From Dokdonella sp. (GTDB taxonomy: Bacteria > Pseudomonadota > Gammaproteobacteria > Xanthomonadales > Rhodanobacteraceae), in contig NZ_JAGIAG010000018.1 of NCBI RefSeq assembly GCF_017744955.1, positions 235,960-299,959 on the forward strand: a stretch of 64,000 bases of DNA. Reading direction: 5' to 3'. The notes beneath the pieces were generated by a model. That model saw only the letters and a program-made list of their open reading frames with translations, did not search any database and was not told the DNA's origin. Each line of letters starts with the position of its first letter. Position 1 is the first letter of the stretch. Shown here one piece after another: positions 55,760-64,000 of the stretch. The translations under genes and the position numbers were made by a program.

Positions 55760-58017
55760 ACGGCGTCGCTCACGAGCGCCGACGCGGCTGGCTGGCCGCG
55801 CTCGCTCTCGTCGTGTTGACCAGCGTGTTGATCGTCGGCGCACTGAAGCTGCCCCTGTCGCGACTGGACGTTCCGTACACGTTCGAGGGCGACGCGGTCG
55901 ACAAGTTGACGCAGATCCAGAACGTGGCCGAGACCGGCTGGTTGTTCCACAACCCGCGTTTGGGCTACCCGTTCGGCTACGACCGGCTCGATTTCCCGCG
56001 CTTCGACTCGCTCAACTACGCGATCATGGGACCGGTCGCCGCACTGACCGGAAAGCCCGGCCTGGCGATGAATCTGTACTTCATCGCCAGCTTCTACCTG
56101 ATCGGCCTGATTGCGCTGTTCGCGCTGCGCCGGCTGGGCCTGGCGACCGCACCGGCGCTGCTGTGCGCGCTGGTCTACGCGTTCCTTCCCTATCACCTGT
56201 TTCGCGGCGTCGGGCACCTCACCAACGGCACCTACTACCTCGTGCCGCTGGCAATACTGGCCGTGATGTGGCTCGCGCGGGGCGAGCTCGATCCCGCCTC
56301 GCCCGGCGCGCGCCGGCGCTGGTGGATGGCGCTCGCGACGGCGCTGCTGCTGCCGCTGCAGATGCCCTACAACGGCGTGTTCTTCGCCCTGTTGTGCGTC
56401 GCTGCAGCCCTGCTGGCGCTGGCGCGACAACCGCGTTGGCGCAGCACGTGGCCGGCATTGGTTCTGCTCGCCGCCACCTCATGTTCCTTCGTCGCCGAGC
56501 AAGCGCCGGCTCTGCTGCATAAGGCGGAAGTCGGAGCCAACCTCAATGTGGCCACCCGCTCTTCGCAGGAAGCGGAGCTGTATTCGATGCGTCTGAATCA
56601 GGTGCTGCTGCCGTTCGACGGCCATCGCCTGACGACGCTCTCGGCGGCCAAACAGGATTTCGACGACGCGCTGGACGTGCCCGACGCCGAGTTCCGCAAC
56701 CAGTACATCGGCGTGATCGGCGTACTCGGCCTGCTGGCGCTGCTTTGGTCCCTGGCGCGCGCGGCGACCGAGCGCGCGCCGTCACCGTCGGATCAGGAAC
56801 GCTACGTGCGCATCGCCGCCCTGCTGGCCATCGCGATCCTGCTGATGGCGCTGTCGAGCGGACTGTTCACGCTGCTGGCGCACTGGGTCACCTCGAAGAT
56901 CCGCGCCGGCAATCGCATCCTTCCGTTCTTCGCCTTCCTCTGCCTGTTCGGCAGCGGCTGGCTGCTGCAGGGGGCGCTGGCGCGCATCCGCAGCACCGTG
57001 GGGCGCTGCGCGACGCTGGCCGGCGTCGGCGCGCTGGCTCTGCTCGACGTGACGATGCCGATCATGTCCTTCGGGCGCGACGTGATGATCGTCAACTTCG
57101 ACGATTCCCAGGCGTATTTCACGCAGGTCGAACAGCGGCTCGGCCGCGATGCCGCCGTGTTCCAGCTGCCGGTGGTGTGGTATCCGGAACATGTTCCGAT
57201 CGGCGACATGGGCGACTACGAGGAATTCAAGCCGTACCTCTTCACCGATTCGCTGAAGTTCTCCTACGGCGCCGCTCACGGTCGGCCAGGTTACGCCTGG
57301 GGCAGCACGATCGAAAACCTGCCGGCGGCCGACATGATCGCGCAGGCGCACGGCGTCGGCTTCTCGGCGATCCTCGTCGACACCAACGCCTATGCGGGCG
57401 AACAGCGGAAGGCGTTGATCGACGCGCTCGGCGCGGCGCTGCCGGAGCCGCCGTCGATCTCCGCGAGCCGCCGCTGGTGGTTGTTTCCGCTGCAGGGGTG
57501 CTGCGCATCGGCGGACAACGCGACAGCGCACGCCACGGCGGAATCCGCCTTCGCCTACGATCCCGACGGTTCGCCGATCTCGTTCGGAAAGGGCGGCCGT
57601 GGCGGCATCTATCGCGCCGGCGGCTGGGACGCGCTCGAAGACTGGGGCGTATGGTCGCTCGGTGATCAAGCCCAGCTGCGCATGTATCTGCAGCCGCGAC
57701 CGGCCGGACCGCTGGAACTGACGCTGGACGCGCGCGTGCTGCTCGGACCGAAGGTCCCCGTGCGCCGGGTGGTGATGAAGGCGAATGGTCATCTGCTCGG
57801 CGTGCGGACGTTCACGCTCGGCGCACCGTCGCCTTCGCTGCGTTTTTCGATCCCGCAGGATTGGATCGGCGACGACGGCCTGTTCGAATTGCACTTCGAC
57901 GTCGACCCGGTGGCCTCGCCGCGTACGGCGGGTGTGAACATCGACGGACGGCCGCTCGGCGTCGGTATCGTATCGCTCACTCTCGGGACGGCGAAGCCTG
58001 CGCCGGCATCACCGTGA
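55756..58017 (+). CDS. Large polytopic membrane protein with a soluble C-terminal domain (GT-C/GtrC-like acceptor glycosyltransferase candidate)
   Basis: 753 aa. ATG 55756 overlaps the GT2 stop (ATGA). The N-terminal roughly 430 aa are multi-TM, with the first loop PYTFEGDAVDKLTQIQNVAETGWLFHNPRLGYPFGYDRLDFPRFD. The C-terminal roughly 320 aa are hydrophilic. Confidence 0.6.
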   Translation: MNGVAHERRRGWLAALALVVLTSVLIVGALKLPLSRLDVPYTFEGDAVDKLTQIQNVAETGWLFHNPRLGYPFGYDRLDFPRFDSLNYAIMGPVAALTGKPGLAMNLYFIASFYLIGLIALFALRRLGLATAPALLCALVYAFLPYHLFRGVGHLTNGTYYLVPLAILAVMWLARGELDPASPGARRRWWMALATALLLPLQMPYNGVFFALLCVAAALLALARQPRWRSTWPALVLLAATSCSFVAEQAPALLHKAEVGANLNVATRSSQEAELYSMRLNQVLLPFDGHRLTTLSAAKQDFDDALDVPDAEFRNQYIGVIGVLGLLALLWSLARAATERAPSPSDQERYVRIAALLAIAILLMALSSGLFTLLAHWVTSKIRAGNRILPFFAFLCLFGSGWLLQGALARIRSTVGRCATLAGVGALALLDVTMPIMSFGRDVMIVNFDDSQAYFTQVEQRLGRDAAVFQLPVVWYPEHVPIGDMGDYEEFKPYLFTDSLKFSYGAAHGRPGYAWGSTIENLPAADMIAQAHGVGFSAILVDTNAYAGEQRKALIDALGAALPEPPSISASRRWWLFPLQGCCASADNATAHATAESAFAYDPDGSPISFGKGGRGGIYRAGGWDALEDWGVWSLGDQAQLRMYLQPRPAGPLELTLDARVLLGPKVPVRRVVMKANGHLLGVRTFTLGAPSPSLRFSIPQDWIGDDGLFELHFDVDPVASPRTAGVNIDGRPLGVGIVSLTLGTAKPAPASP

Positions 58018-58051
58018 CGAACCACTCGACGCGACCGGCCGAGGGCATCGC

Positions 58052-58987
58052 GTGAACATGCGCCGGCTGCTGCGCGGACTCGGCCTGCTGGTCTCGCTCG
58101 CGGCGCTGGTCTGGATCGGCTTGCGCTTCGCGCACAGCGATGCGTTCTCCGTATTCGAGCGCGTCGAGGTCGGCACGTGGCGGCTCGGCGCTGCGCTTGC
58201 CGCATCCGCCGTCGCCTATGCCCTGGCCCTGGCTACGTTGGCGTTCGCCTGGTGGCGCCTCTTGGTCGGACTCTCGCCGGAACCACCGCCGAAATGGGCG
58301 ACGCTGGCGACCTGGTGCGTCAGTCAATACGGCAAGTATCTGCCCGGCAACGTCGCGCACTACGCCTTGCGCCACGCCTGGAGCCGACACCATGCGACGT
58401 CGCATACCGTGCTCGGCCTGGCCGCGCTGATCGAAGCCGCCCTGCTCCTGCTGACCGCGCTCGCCCTCGCGCTGTGCTTCGGCACCAGCAGCCTGCCGCT
58501 GCCCGGCGTGGATCTGCGCATCGCGCTGGTGCTGGTGCTGGCGGGCTCCGTCGTCGGCATCCTGGTATTGCACTGGCTGCGCCGGCACGGCCACTTCGCG
58601 CGGCTGTCGCTGCCGCGGTTGCCGCCGACGATGCTCGCGAGCGTATTTGCCTGCGACCTCGCCTTCTTCGCCGCGACGGCGACGATTCTCTACGGCCTCG
58701 GCCATCTCCTGGGCGCGAACGCCGACTGGCCGTTGATGCTCGCCGCCGGCGCCGCCAGCTGGGCCGCCGGCTTCATCGTGATCGGCGCTCCGGCCGGACT
58801 GGGCGTACGGGAGGTCGCGTTCGTCGCACTCGCCGGCAGCACACTCGGCGAAGATCGCGCGCTGCTGTTGATCGCGCTGTATCGGCTCGTCACGTTCTTC
58901 GGCGACACGCTCGCGTTCGCCATCGGCGCGCTGCTGATGCGGCGCGCACGCGCAGCCGATCCCGATGGGGATTCGGCGACGCTGTGA
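58052..58987 (+). CDS. UPF0104 / LPG-synthase-TM family flippase-like membrane protein
   Basis: 311 aa. Multi-TM, with QYGKYLPGNVAHYALRH and GFIVIGAPAGLGVREVAFV, characteristic of the lysylphosphatidylglycerol-synthase TM (flippase-like) family. Confidence 0.7.
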   Translation: MNMRRLLRGLGLLVSLAALVWIGLRFAHSDAFSVFERVEVGTWRLGAALAASAVAYALALATLAFAWWRLLVGLSPEPPPKWATLATWCVSQYGKYLPGNVAHYALRHAWSRHHATSHTVLGLAALIEAALLLLTALALALCFGTSSLPLPGVDLRIALVLVLAGSVVGILVLHWLRRHGHFARLSLPRLPPTMLASVFACDLAFFAATATILYGLGHLLGANADWPLMLAAGAASWAAGFIVIGAPAGLGVREVAFVALAGSTLGEDRALLLIALYRLVTFFGDTLAFAIGALLMRRARAADPDGDSATL

Positions 58988-59090
58988 GGTCGGCAGCGGA
59001 TTCCGCGGACACACTGTCGAAGGAAGTCCGCGGAATCGTCATCGTCCCGGACCGGCGTCGCTTCGCCGCCGGTCCTGCGTCGGAACATCG

Positions 59091-60260
59091 TCACGCCAAG
59101 GCTTTCGCCAATTCCTCGCGCAAGTCGGCGACGTCCTCGACGCCCACCGAAAGCCGAATCAGCCCGTCGCTGATGCCGAGCCGCTTGCGGTTCGCCGGCG
59201 GGATCGAGGCATGCGTCATGATCGCCGGATGCTCGATCAGGCTCTCGACGCCACCGAGCGATTCGGCGAGCGCGAACAGATGGCACCGTTCGAGCATCTT
59301 GCGCGCCTTGCGCAAGCCGCCCTTGACCTCGACCGAGACGATGCCGCCGAAGCCGTCCATCTGCTTCTTCGCCAGCGCGTGCTGCGGATGCGATTTCAGC
59401 CCCGGATAGATCACCCGCTCGATCGCCGGATGCTTCTCCAGCCATTGCGCGAGTTCGAGCGCCGCGGCGCAGTGCTCGCGCATGCGCAAATGCAGGGTCT
59501 TCAATCCGCGCATGGCGAGGAACGAGTCGAACGGACCTGCGACCGAGCCGACCGAGTTGTGCAGAAAGGCCATCTGCTCGGCCAGGTGCGCGCTGCCGCC
59601 GACGACGGCGACACCGCCGACGATGTCCGAATGTCCGTTGAGGTACTTCGTCGCCGAATGCACGACGATGTCGGCTCCGTGCTCGATCGGCCGCTGCAGC
59701 ATCGGCGAGCAGAACGTGTTGTCGACGACGAAGATCAGGCCGTGCTTGCGCGCGAACGCGCCGACCTTGGCCAGGTCGACCAGCTTCAGCATCGGGTTGG
59801 TCGGCGTCTCCGCCCAGATCATGCGCGTGTTCGGCTTCAGCGCGGCCTTCAGCGCGGCCGCGTCGTTGAGGTCGACGAAGCTGAAGTCGAGGCCCGCGCT
59901 GCGCCGGCGCACGCGCTCGAACAAGCGGTAGGTGCCGCCGTAGAGGTCGTCCATCGCGATCACGTGACTGCCCGAGTCGAGCAGTTCGAGCACCGTGCCC
60001 GCCGCCGCGAGCCCGGAGGCGAACGCATAGCCCTGCCGCCCGCCTTCGAGATCCGCCACGCAGCGCTCGTAGGCCATGCGCGTCGGATTCTGCGTGCGCG
60101 AGTACTCGTAGCCCTGGTGCACGCCGGGGCTCGACTGCACGTAGGTCGACGTCGCGTAGATCGGCGTCATGATCGCGCCGGTGGAGGGATCGGGACTCTG
60201 GCCGGCGTGGATGGCGCGGGTGCCGAGGCCGTGTTGCATGCGTGCGGATGGCTTTTTCAT
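59091..60260 (-). CDS. Cys/Met-metabolism PLP enzyme (cystathionine gamma-lyase/gamma-synthase family)
   Basis: 389 aa from ATG 60258-60260: TRAIHAGQ, IWAETPTNPMLK, PLP-lysine block VVHSATKYLNGHSD, LAESLGGVESLIEHPA. Confidence 0.9.
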   Translation of the reverse strand: MKKPSARMQHGLGTRAIHAGQSPDPSTGAIMTPIYATSTYVQSSPGVHQGYEYSRTQNPTRMAYERCVADLEGGRQGYAFASGLAAAGTVLELLDSGSHVIAMDDLYGGTYRLFERVRRRSAGLDFSFVDLNDAAALKAALKPNTRMIWAETPTNPMLKLVDLAKVGAFARKHGLIFVVDNTFCSPMLQRPIEHGADIVVHSATKYLNGHSDIVGGVAVVGGSAHLAEQMAFLHNSVGSVAGPFDSFLAMRGLKTLHLRMREHCAAALELAQWLEKHPAIERVIYPGLKSHPQHALAKKQMDGFGGIVSVEVKGGLRKARKMLERCHLFALAESLGGVESLIEHPAIMTHASIPPANRKRLGISDGLIRLSVGVEDVADLREELAKALA

Positions 60261-60276
60261 GAGTGTCGTCGAAGGT

Positions 60277-61233
60277 TCAAGAACGAGGTTGTACGAGCAG
60301 ATCGAGATGGGCCGCTCCGTCGGTACGCAAGGCGGCATCCTCGCGCGCCCACAATTGCATCAGCGCCTCGGCATTCGCGCACGTCGAACGCTCGCCGTCG
60401 AAATGCAGCGCGGTGACCGTGCCGTAGTCGAGCAGTACGGCAGCATAGTGTTCCGGCGGAACGTGCGCATTGTTGCGCAGACATGCGGGATGAAATTCCG
60501 TCAGCACGACGGGCCGATGGCGCTCGAGTCCGCGCGAAAAGCCGCGCCAGGCGTGCAATTCGTGGCCTTCGATGTCGAACTTCACGACGTCGAAGCGCTC
60601 CTCGTCCGCGAGCAGATCGTCCAGACGGCGCGTCTGCGCGTACAGCGGGCGGTCGCCTCGGCTCCATTCGCGGATGATCTCGCCATTCGACGAACCGCCG
60701 TGCGTGCCCATGCAGACGACACCCGATTCATCCGAGGCGGCGAAGGGCTCGACCCGGACGTGCGCGAAGCGATTGCGCGCGAGTGTCGCGTAGATGAGCT
60801 GCAGGTTCTTGTCCATCGGCTCGACGGCCACCACGCGGCCGCTGCTTCCGACGCGATGCGCGGCCCAGGCGGCGAAGTAGCCGATGTTGGCGCCGACGTC
60901 GAGGAAGCGACCGCCGGGCCCCAGGTGTTCGCTCAATGCCGAAACGACGTTCGGCTCCCACTGCCGCGTCTGCTCGACGGTCCGACCGACGTCGCCGTCG
61001 TCCGCGCGTATCGAGATCACGTAGCCGTCGAGTTCGACCTCGCGGACTTCGCTGTTGTAGCGACTGCGGAACTCGCTGGAACCCAGGAAGTACTCGGCCA
61101 GCTCGCGCGGCCTCAGCGATCGATCCTGGACGAGCCGGGCGAAGGTGTGCAGCCCCTGCTCGTCCGGCGCCCTGCCCAGCAGCAGGCGATAGGCGTAACG
61201 AACGTCCTCGAGATCGGCGTGATCGGCGGTCAC
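60277..61233 (-). CDS. FkbM-family methyltransferase with an N-terminal DUF4214-like motif
   Basis: 318 aa if GTG 61231-61233 is the start, 5 nt after the upstream stop. VRYAYRLLLGRAPDEQGLHTF...FLGSSEFRS, then FLDVGANIGYFAAWAA...VVAVEPMDKN...FDVVKFDIEGHELHAW...PVVLTEFHP. Confidence 0.8.
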   Translation of the reverse strand: MTADHADLEDVRYAYRLLLGRAPDEQGLHTFARLVQDRSLRPRELAEYFLGSSEFRSRYNSEVREVELDGYVISIRADDGDVGRTVEQTRQWEPNVVSALSEHLGPGGRFLDVGANIGYFAAWAAHRVGSSGRVVAVEPMDKNLQLIYATLARNRFAHVRVEPFAASDESGVVCMGTHGGSSNGEIIREWSRGDRPLYAQTRRLDDLLADEERFDVVKFDIEGHELHAWRGFSRGLERHRPVVLTEFHPACLRNNAHVPPEHYAAVLLDYGTVTALHFDGERSTCANAEALMQLWAREDAALRTDGAAHLDLLVQPRS

Positions 61234-61238
61234 GGCCG

Positions 61239-62261
61239 TCAGTTCGCGTTCGACTGCTTGGTCACGATCAGGCCGAACGACGTCGACGCGTACGGACCGA
61301 TGCGCAGTTTCAGGTGCATCGGTCCGCGATACGGGTATTCGTCGACGTAGCGGTCCGCTTCGGTGTAGCCGAGATCGAAATCGAACGGCGCGACCATGTG
61401 TCCCTGCGCTTGCAGCCGCTCCGCCAGCTCGCGCAGATCCCTCTGGCGATAGACCACCGAATCGCCCGTTTCGACGGTCTCGACATCCGAATCGCAATTC
61501 AGCTCGGTCGTGTGGACCGCGACGCCGCCCGGACGCAGGCAGTCCATCGCGTTCATCACGAAGTCGAGGCCGTGCTGGAGGCTTCCCAGATGTTCGAGCG
61601 CACACGAGGACCACAGAAAATCGAATCCACGCAGGTCGTCGTCGATCGCACGCATGTCCACGGCGCGGAAACGCACGCGCTCGGCGAAGAGATCCGGCGC
61701 GCAGAGCCCGCGTGCGTTCAGCTGGGCAAGTCCGGAAGCGTGCTGGTTGGATTCGACCCAACCGGTCTTTCCGGCGCTTTCCGAGTCCAGGTCGGACGCC
61801 AGGATCTCGCAGCCGAGCTGAGCGAACAGCGAGGTCATGGGCTCGTTGCCGACCGCAAACCCAAGGCCGCGCTTTCCACTCGTCAGCATGCCGCGCTCGT
61901 ACAGCGCCTGGCTGATGAAGCACCATTCCCAGAGCTTCCGGTGCAGTCCGCCGGGGCGCTCGTGCATGCGATTCGCCCAGTAGCGAAAGACCGGAGTTTC
62001 GATCTGCCTCTGCGTGCACGCCTGCGACACGAGCGTGACGACCCCTTTCTCGGGCGCCGTGCCTTTGTCGAGCTTGTTCAATTCCCCGTGGACGAAGACG
62101 AATTCTCTCGACGCCATGAACAGCCTTGCGAGCTCGGCGACCGTCGGCGAGGACTCGTCGACGATGGTGCAGAAATGACGATAGCCGGCTTCGTCGGGTT
62201 CACGGCCGAGCAGCAGTCGGTAGGCATAACGCACGTCGTCCGGGGTTGCTCTGGTGCTCAT
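61239..62261 (-). CDS. SAM-dependent methyltransferase-like protein with an N-terminal DUF4214-like motif
   Basis: 340 aa from ATG 62259-62261. VRYAYRLLLGREPDEAGYRHF...FMASREF, then RGLGFAVGNEPMTSLFAQLGCEILASD...FDFLWSSCALEHL...LRPGGVAVHT. Confidence 0.75.
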   Translation of the reverse strand: MSTRATPDDVRYAYRLLLGREPDEAGYRHFCTIVDESSPTVAELARLFMASREFVFVHGELNKLDKGTAPEKGVVTLVSQACTQRQIETPVFRYWANRMHERPGGLHRKLWEWCFISQALYERGMLTSGKRGLGFAVGNEPMTSLFAQLGCEILASDLDSESAGKTGWVESNQHASGLAQLNARGLCAPDLFAERVRFRAVDMRAIDDDLRGFDFLWSSCALEHLGSLQHGLDFVMNAMDCLRPGGVAVHTTELNCDSDVETVETGDSVVYRQRDLRELAERLQAQGHMVAPFDFDLGYTEADRYVDEYPYRGPMHLKLRIGPYASTSFGLIVTKQSNAN

Positions 62262-62380
62262 GAACTTACGCCTCAGGGTTTCTGATCGACAGCGATCGGA
62301 TCGGAAGGTCTGAACGCTCGCAGTGGAAATTCGGTTCGCCCCCCCAGGCGCGCGGACTTGCAAAGCTCTCGCAGAAAAAC

Positions 62381-63358
62381 TCAGTGCTCCCGGAGTCTGC
62401 GAAATGCGAACGTGTTCGACCGCTCCCCGCGCCGATTGCCGGTCGCACCGTCCTCGACGACGCTGATCGGCATCGCGCCGGCTTCGGCGAAGATCTCGAA
62501 CACCCGCTCCTGCGGAAACGCGTGCATCTCCATCTCCTTGCGGCCGAGCTGCTCGCGTACGTAGTCGGCGAGCCGGAATTCGTAGTCCGCACGATAGGTC
62601 GGCACCTGGAAATACGCGATTCCGCCGGGCTTGAGGATTCGTGCGAACGTCGAAAGGATGCGCTCGATCACCGGTGGCGGATTGTGCTGCAACACGATCA
62701 CGCTGTAGATGAAGTCGACTTCCGGCAAGTCGTCCAGCGTGTCCAGCGTGCCCAGATGGATCCAGTCGATGCCGCGTACGCCGTCGGAGGCGGCGAGCTC
62801 GCGGGCGAGATCCAGATGCGGCGCCGAAATGTCCACGCCGATCGTCCGCTGGAAATGCGGTGCGAGATGCCGCGTCACGCGACCGAGACCGCAGCCGTAC
62901 TCCAGACAGGTTCCGCGCCCGTCGAGCGTCACGCCGCTGCGCGCGAGGGCCTTCTGCAGCCGTTCGATTTCGGCCGCGCCGCTGGCGAAGAAGCGCGCGA
63001 TGTGTTCGGCCGACGGCTTGCCGCGATATTCCGGCGCGGTCAGCACCGACCAGTACGGATCGGTCTCGCCGAGGTGCTGCCAGGAATGGTTCACGTGCTC
63101 GAACAGTCGCTGCAGCAGGACCGGATCGCCGTTGGTCTCCACGGTGCGCGGAGGCTCGTCGCCCTGCAGCATCGGCTTGACGCCGGCCGGAGCGAGCGCG
63201 CGGAACTCCGCGCTGCCGACGAACACGTCGCGCAGGGCGGCGAGTTCGGGCGAATTGGTCATGTGCTCGGCGACGATCTCCCGGCTTTCGGGCTCGCGCG
63301 CGAGAAACAGCCGATACGCCCAGGTCACCGCTTCGGGAGTGGTCTTGTCGTGGGTCAC
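62381..63358 (-). CDS. Class I SAM-dependent methyltransferase with an N-terminal DUF4214-like motif
   Basis: 325 aa. VTWAYRLFLAREPESREIV...FVGSAEFRA, then CLEYGCGLGRVTRHLAPHFQRTIGVDIS...IYSVIVLQHN...LKPGGIAYFQV. Paralogous to the N-terminal half of the fusion at 26324-27865. Confidence 0.82.
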   Translation of the reverse strand: MTHDKTTPEAVTWAYRLFLAREPESREIVAEHMTNSPELAALRDVFVGSAEFRALAPAGVKPMLQGDEPPRTVETNGDPVLLQRLFEHVNHSWQHLGETDPYWSVLTAPEYRGKPSAEHIARFFASGAAEIERLQKALARSGVTLDGRGTCLEYGCGLGRVTRHLAPHFQRTIGVDISAPHLDLARELAASDGVRGIDWIHLGTLDTLDDLPEVDFIYSVIVLQHNPPPVIERILSTFARILKPGGIAYFQVPTYRADYEFRLADYVREQLGRKEMEMHAFPQERVFEIFAEAGAMPISVVEDGATGNRRGERSNTFAFRRLREH

Positions 63359-63380
63359 GTCTCGTCCTTGGGAAGGAATT

Positions 63381-64000
63381 CTAGCCAGCGCGACGGCGCA
63401 GATAGTTCAGCAGGTCGATCCGCGTGATCAAGCCGACGAACTTGGCGCCGTCCATCACGATCGCCACGTGGCCGGCGTCGAACACCGGCATCAGCGACTC
63501 GATCGGCGACTTCACGTCGAGCACCTGCAGCTTCTCGACCATCGCCGTCGAGACCTTGTCCTTGAACTTCGACTCGTCGGCGTGGACGTGCAGCAGCAGG
63601 TCGGATTCGTCGAGGATGCCGACGATCTCGTCGCCGTCCATCACCGGCAGCTGCGAGACGTCGTAGAGTTTCATGCGGTTGTAGGCGGTGATCAGCAGCT
63701 CGTTCGGGCCGACCACGACGGTGTCGCGGCGCGCGTACGGGCGCAGGATCAGGTCGCGCAGATCACCGGTCGGCTGGCGGTCGAGGAAGCCGTTGTCGAG
63801 CATCCAGTAGTCGTTGTACATCTTCGACAGGTACTTGTTGCCGGTGTCGCAGACCAGGGTGACGACGCGCTTCGGCGTGGTCTGCTCGCGGCAGTACTTC
63901 AGCGCCGCGGCGAGCAAGGTGCCGGTCGACGAGCCGCCGAGCACGCCTTCCTTGCCGAGCAGTTCGCGCGCGGTCAAGAAACTCTCCTTGTCGCTGATCG
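63381..64000 (-). CDS. Cystathionine beta-synthase (C-terminal part; the gene runs off the window end)
   Basis: Contains the end of the PLP fold (GGSSTGTLLAAALKY...VTLVCDTGNKYLSK) followed by a tandem CBS-domain pair (QLPVMDGDEIVGILDESDLL; HVAIVMDGAKFVGLITRIDLL). The frame is open to position 64000. Confidence 0.88.
   Translation of the reverse strand, partial: ISDKESFLTARELLGKEGVLGGSSTGTLLAAALKYCREQTTPKRVVTLVCDTGNKYLSKMYNDYWMLDNGFLDRQPTGDLRDLILRPYARRDTVVVGPNELLITAYNRMKLYDVSQLPVMDGDEIVGILDESDLLLHVHADESKFKDKVSTAMVEKLQVLDVKSPIESLMPVFDAGHVAIVMDGAKFVGLITRIDLLNYLRRRAG

Overview
High-GC chromosomal segment with gammaproteobacterial, Xanthomonadales/Lysobacterales-type gene order. I support about 52 protein-coding genes. 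I did not recognise any rRNA, tRNA, CRISPR array, transposase or integrase other than xerD. Many long ORFs in the track are antisense or alternate-frame artefacts of the GC-rich sequence. In order, the window contains: (1) xerD-dsbC-dsbC and an RDD-family protein. (2) A complete Pil-Chp twitching chemosensory operon, pilG-pilI-pilJ-chpA-chpB-chpC, with no pilH or pilK. (3) Divergent gshB and a tonB-like gene. (4) A roughly 4.9-kb lower-GC insertion carrying two convergent secreted beta-propeller repeat proteins. (5) yqgE-ruvX-pyrB and a 574-aa lipoprotein. (6) A fused double methyltransferase bracketed by two copies of a REP-like palindrome. (7) An orphan pilU. (8) lptG-lptF divergent from pepA, a small membrane protein and holC. 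(9) A GT-C-like membrane protein, upp, a VOC gene plus a VOC remnant, and valS. (10) A translationally coupled minus-strand operon: pssA, a GAF/PP2C/RsbW-kinase fusion, a STAS protein, MlaE-like, MlaF-like, MCE and auxiliary-lipoprotein genes, then a holD-like gene, with rimI following after a 213-nt spacer. (11) A DUF4124 gene, proS, an H-NS-like gene and acetoacetyl-CoA synthetase. (12) A polyprenyl-phosphate-type glycosylation cluster (methyltransferase, GT2, large GT-C-like protein, UPF0104 flippase-like protein). (13) A cystathionine beta-synthase / gamma-lyase pair split by three methyltransferases with DUF4214-like N-termini. The best candidate for an undescribed system is the partner-switching module (sensor phosphatase-kinase fusion plus a phosphorylatable STAS protein) hard-wired to an MCE/Mla-type lipid ABC transporter and to pssA. 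Secondary candidates are the methyltransferase trio inside the transsulfuration operon, the beta-propeller island, and the (GGTGAGC)8 tract inside the transporter operon. All functional calls come from motif recognition by eye; no database search was run.
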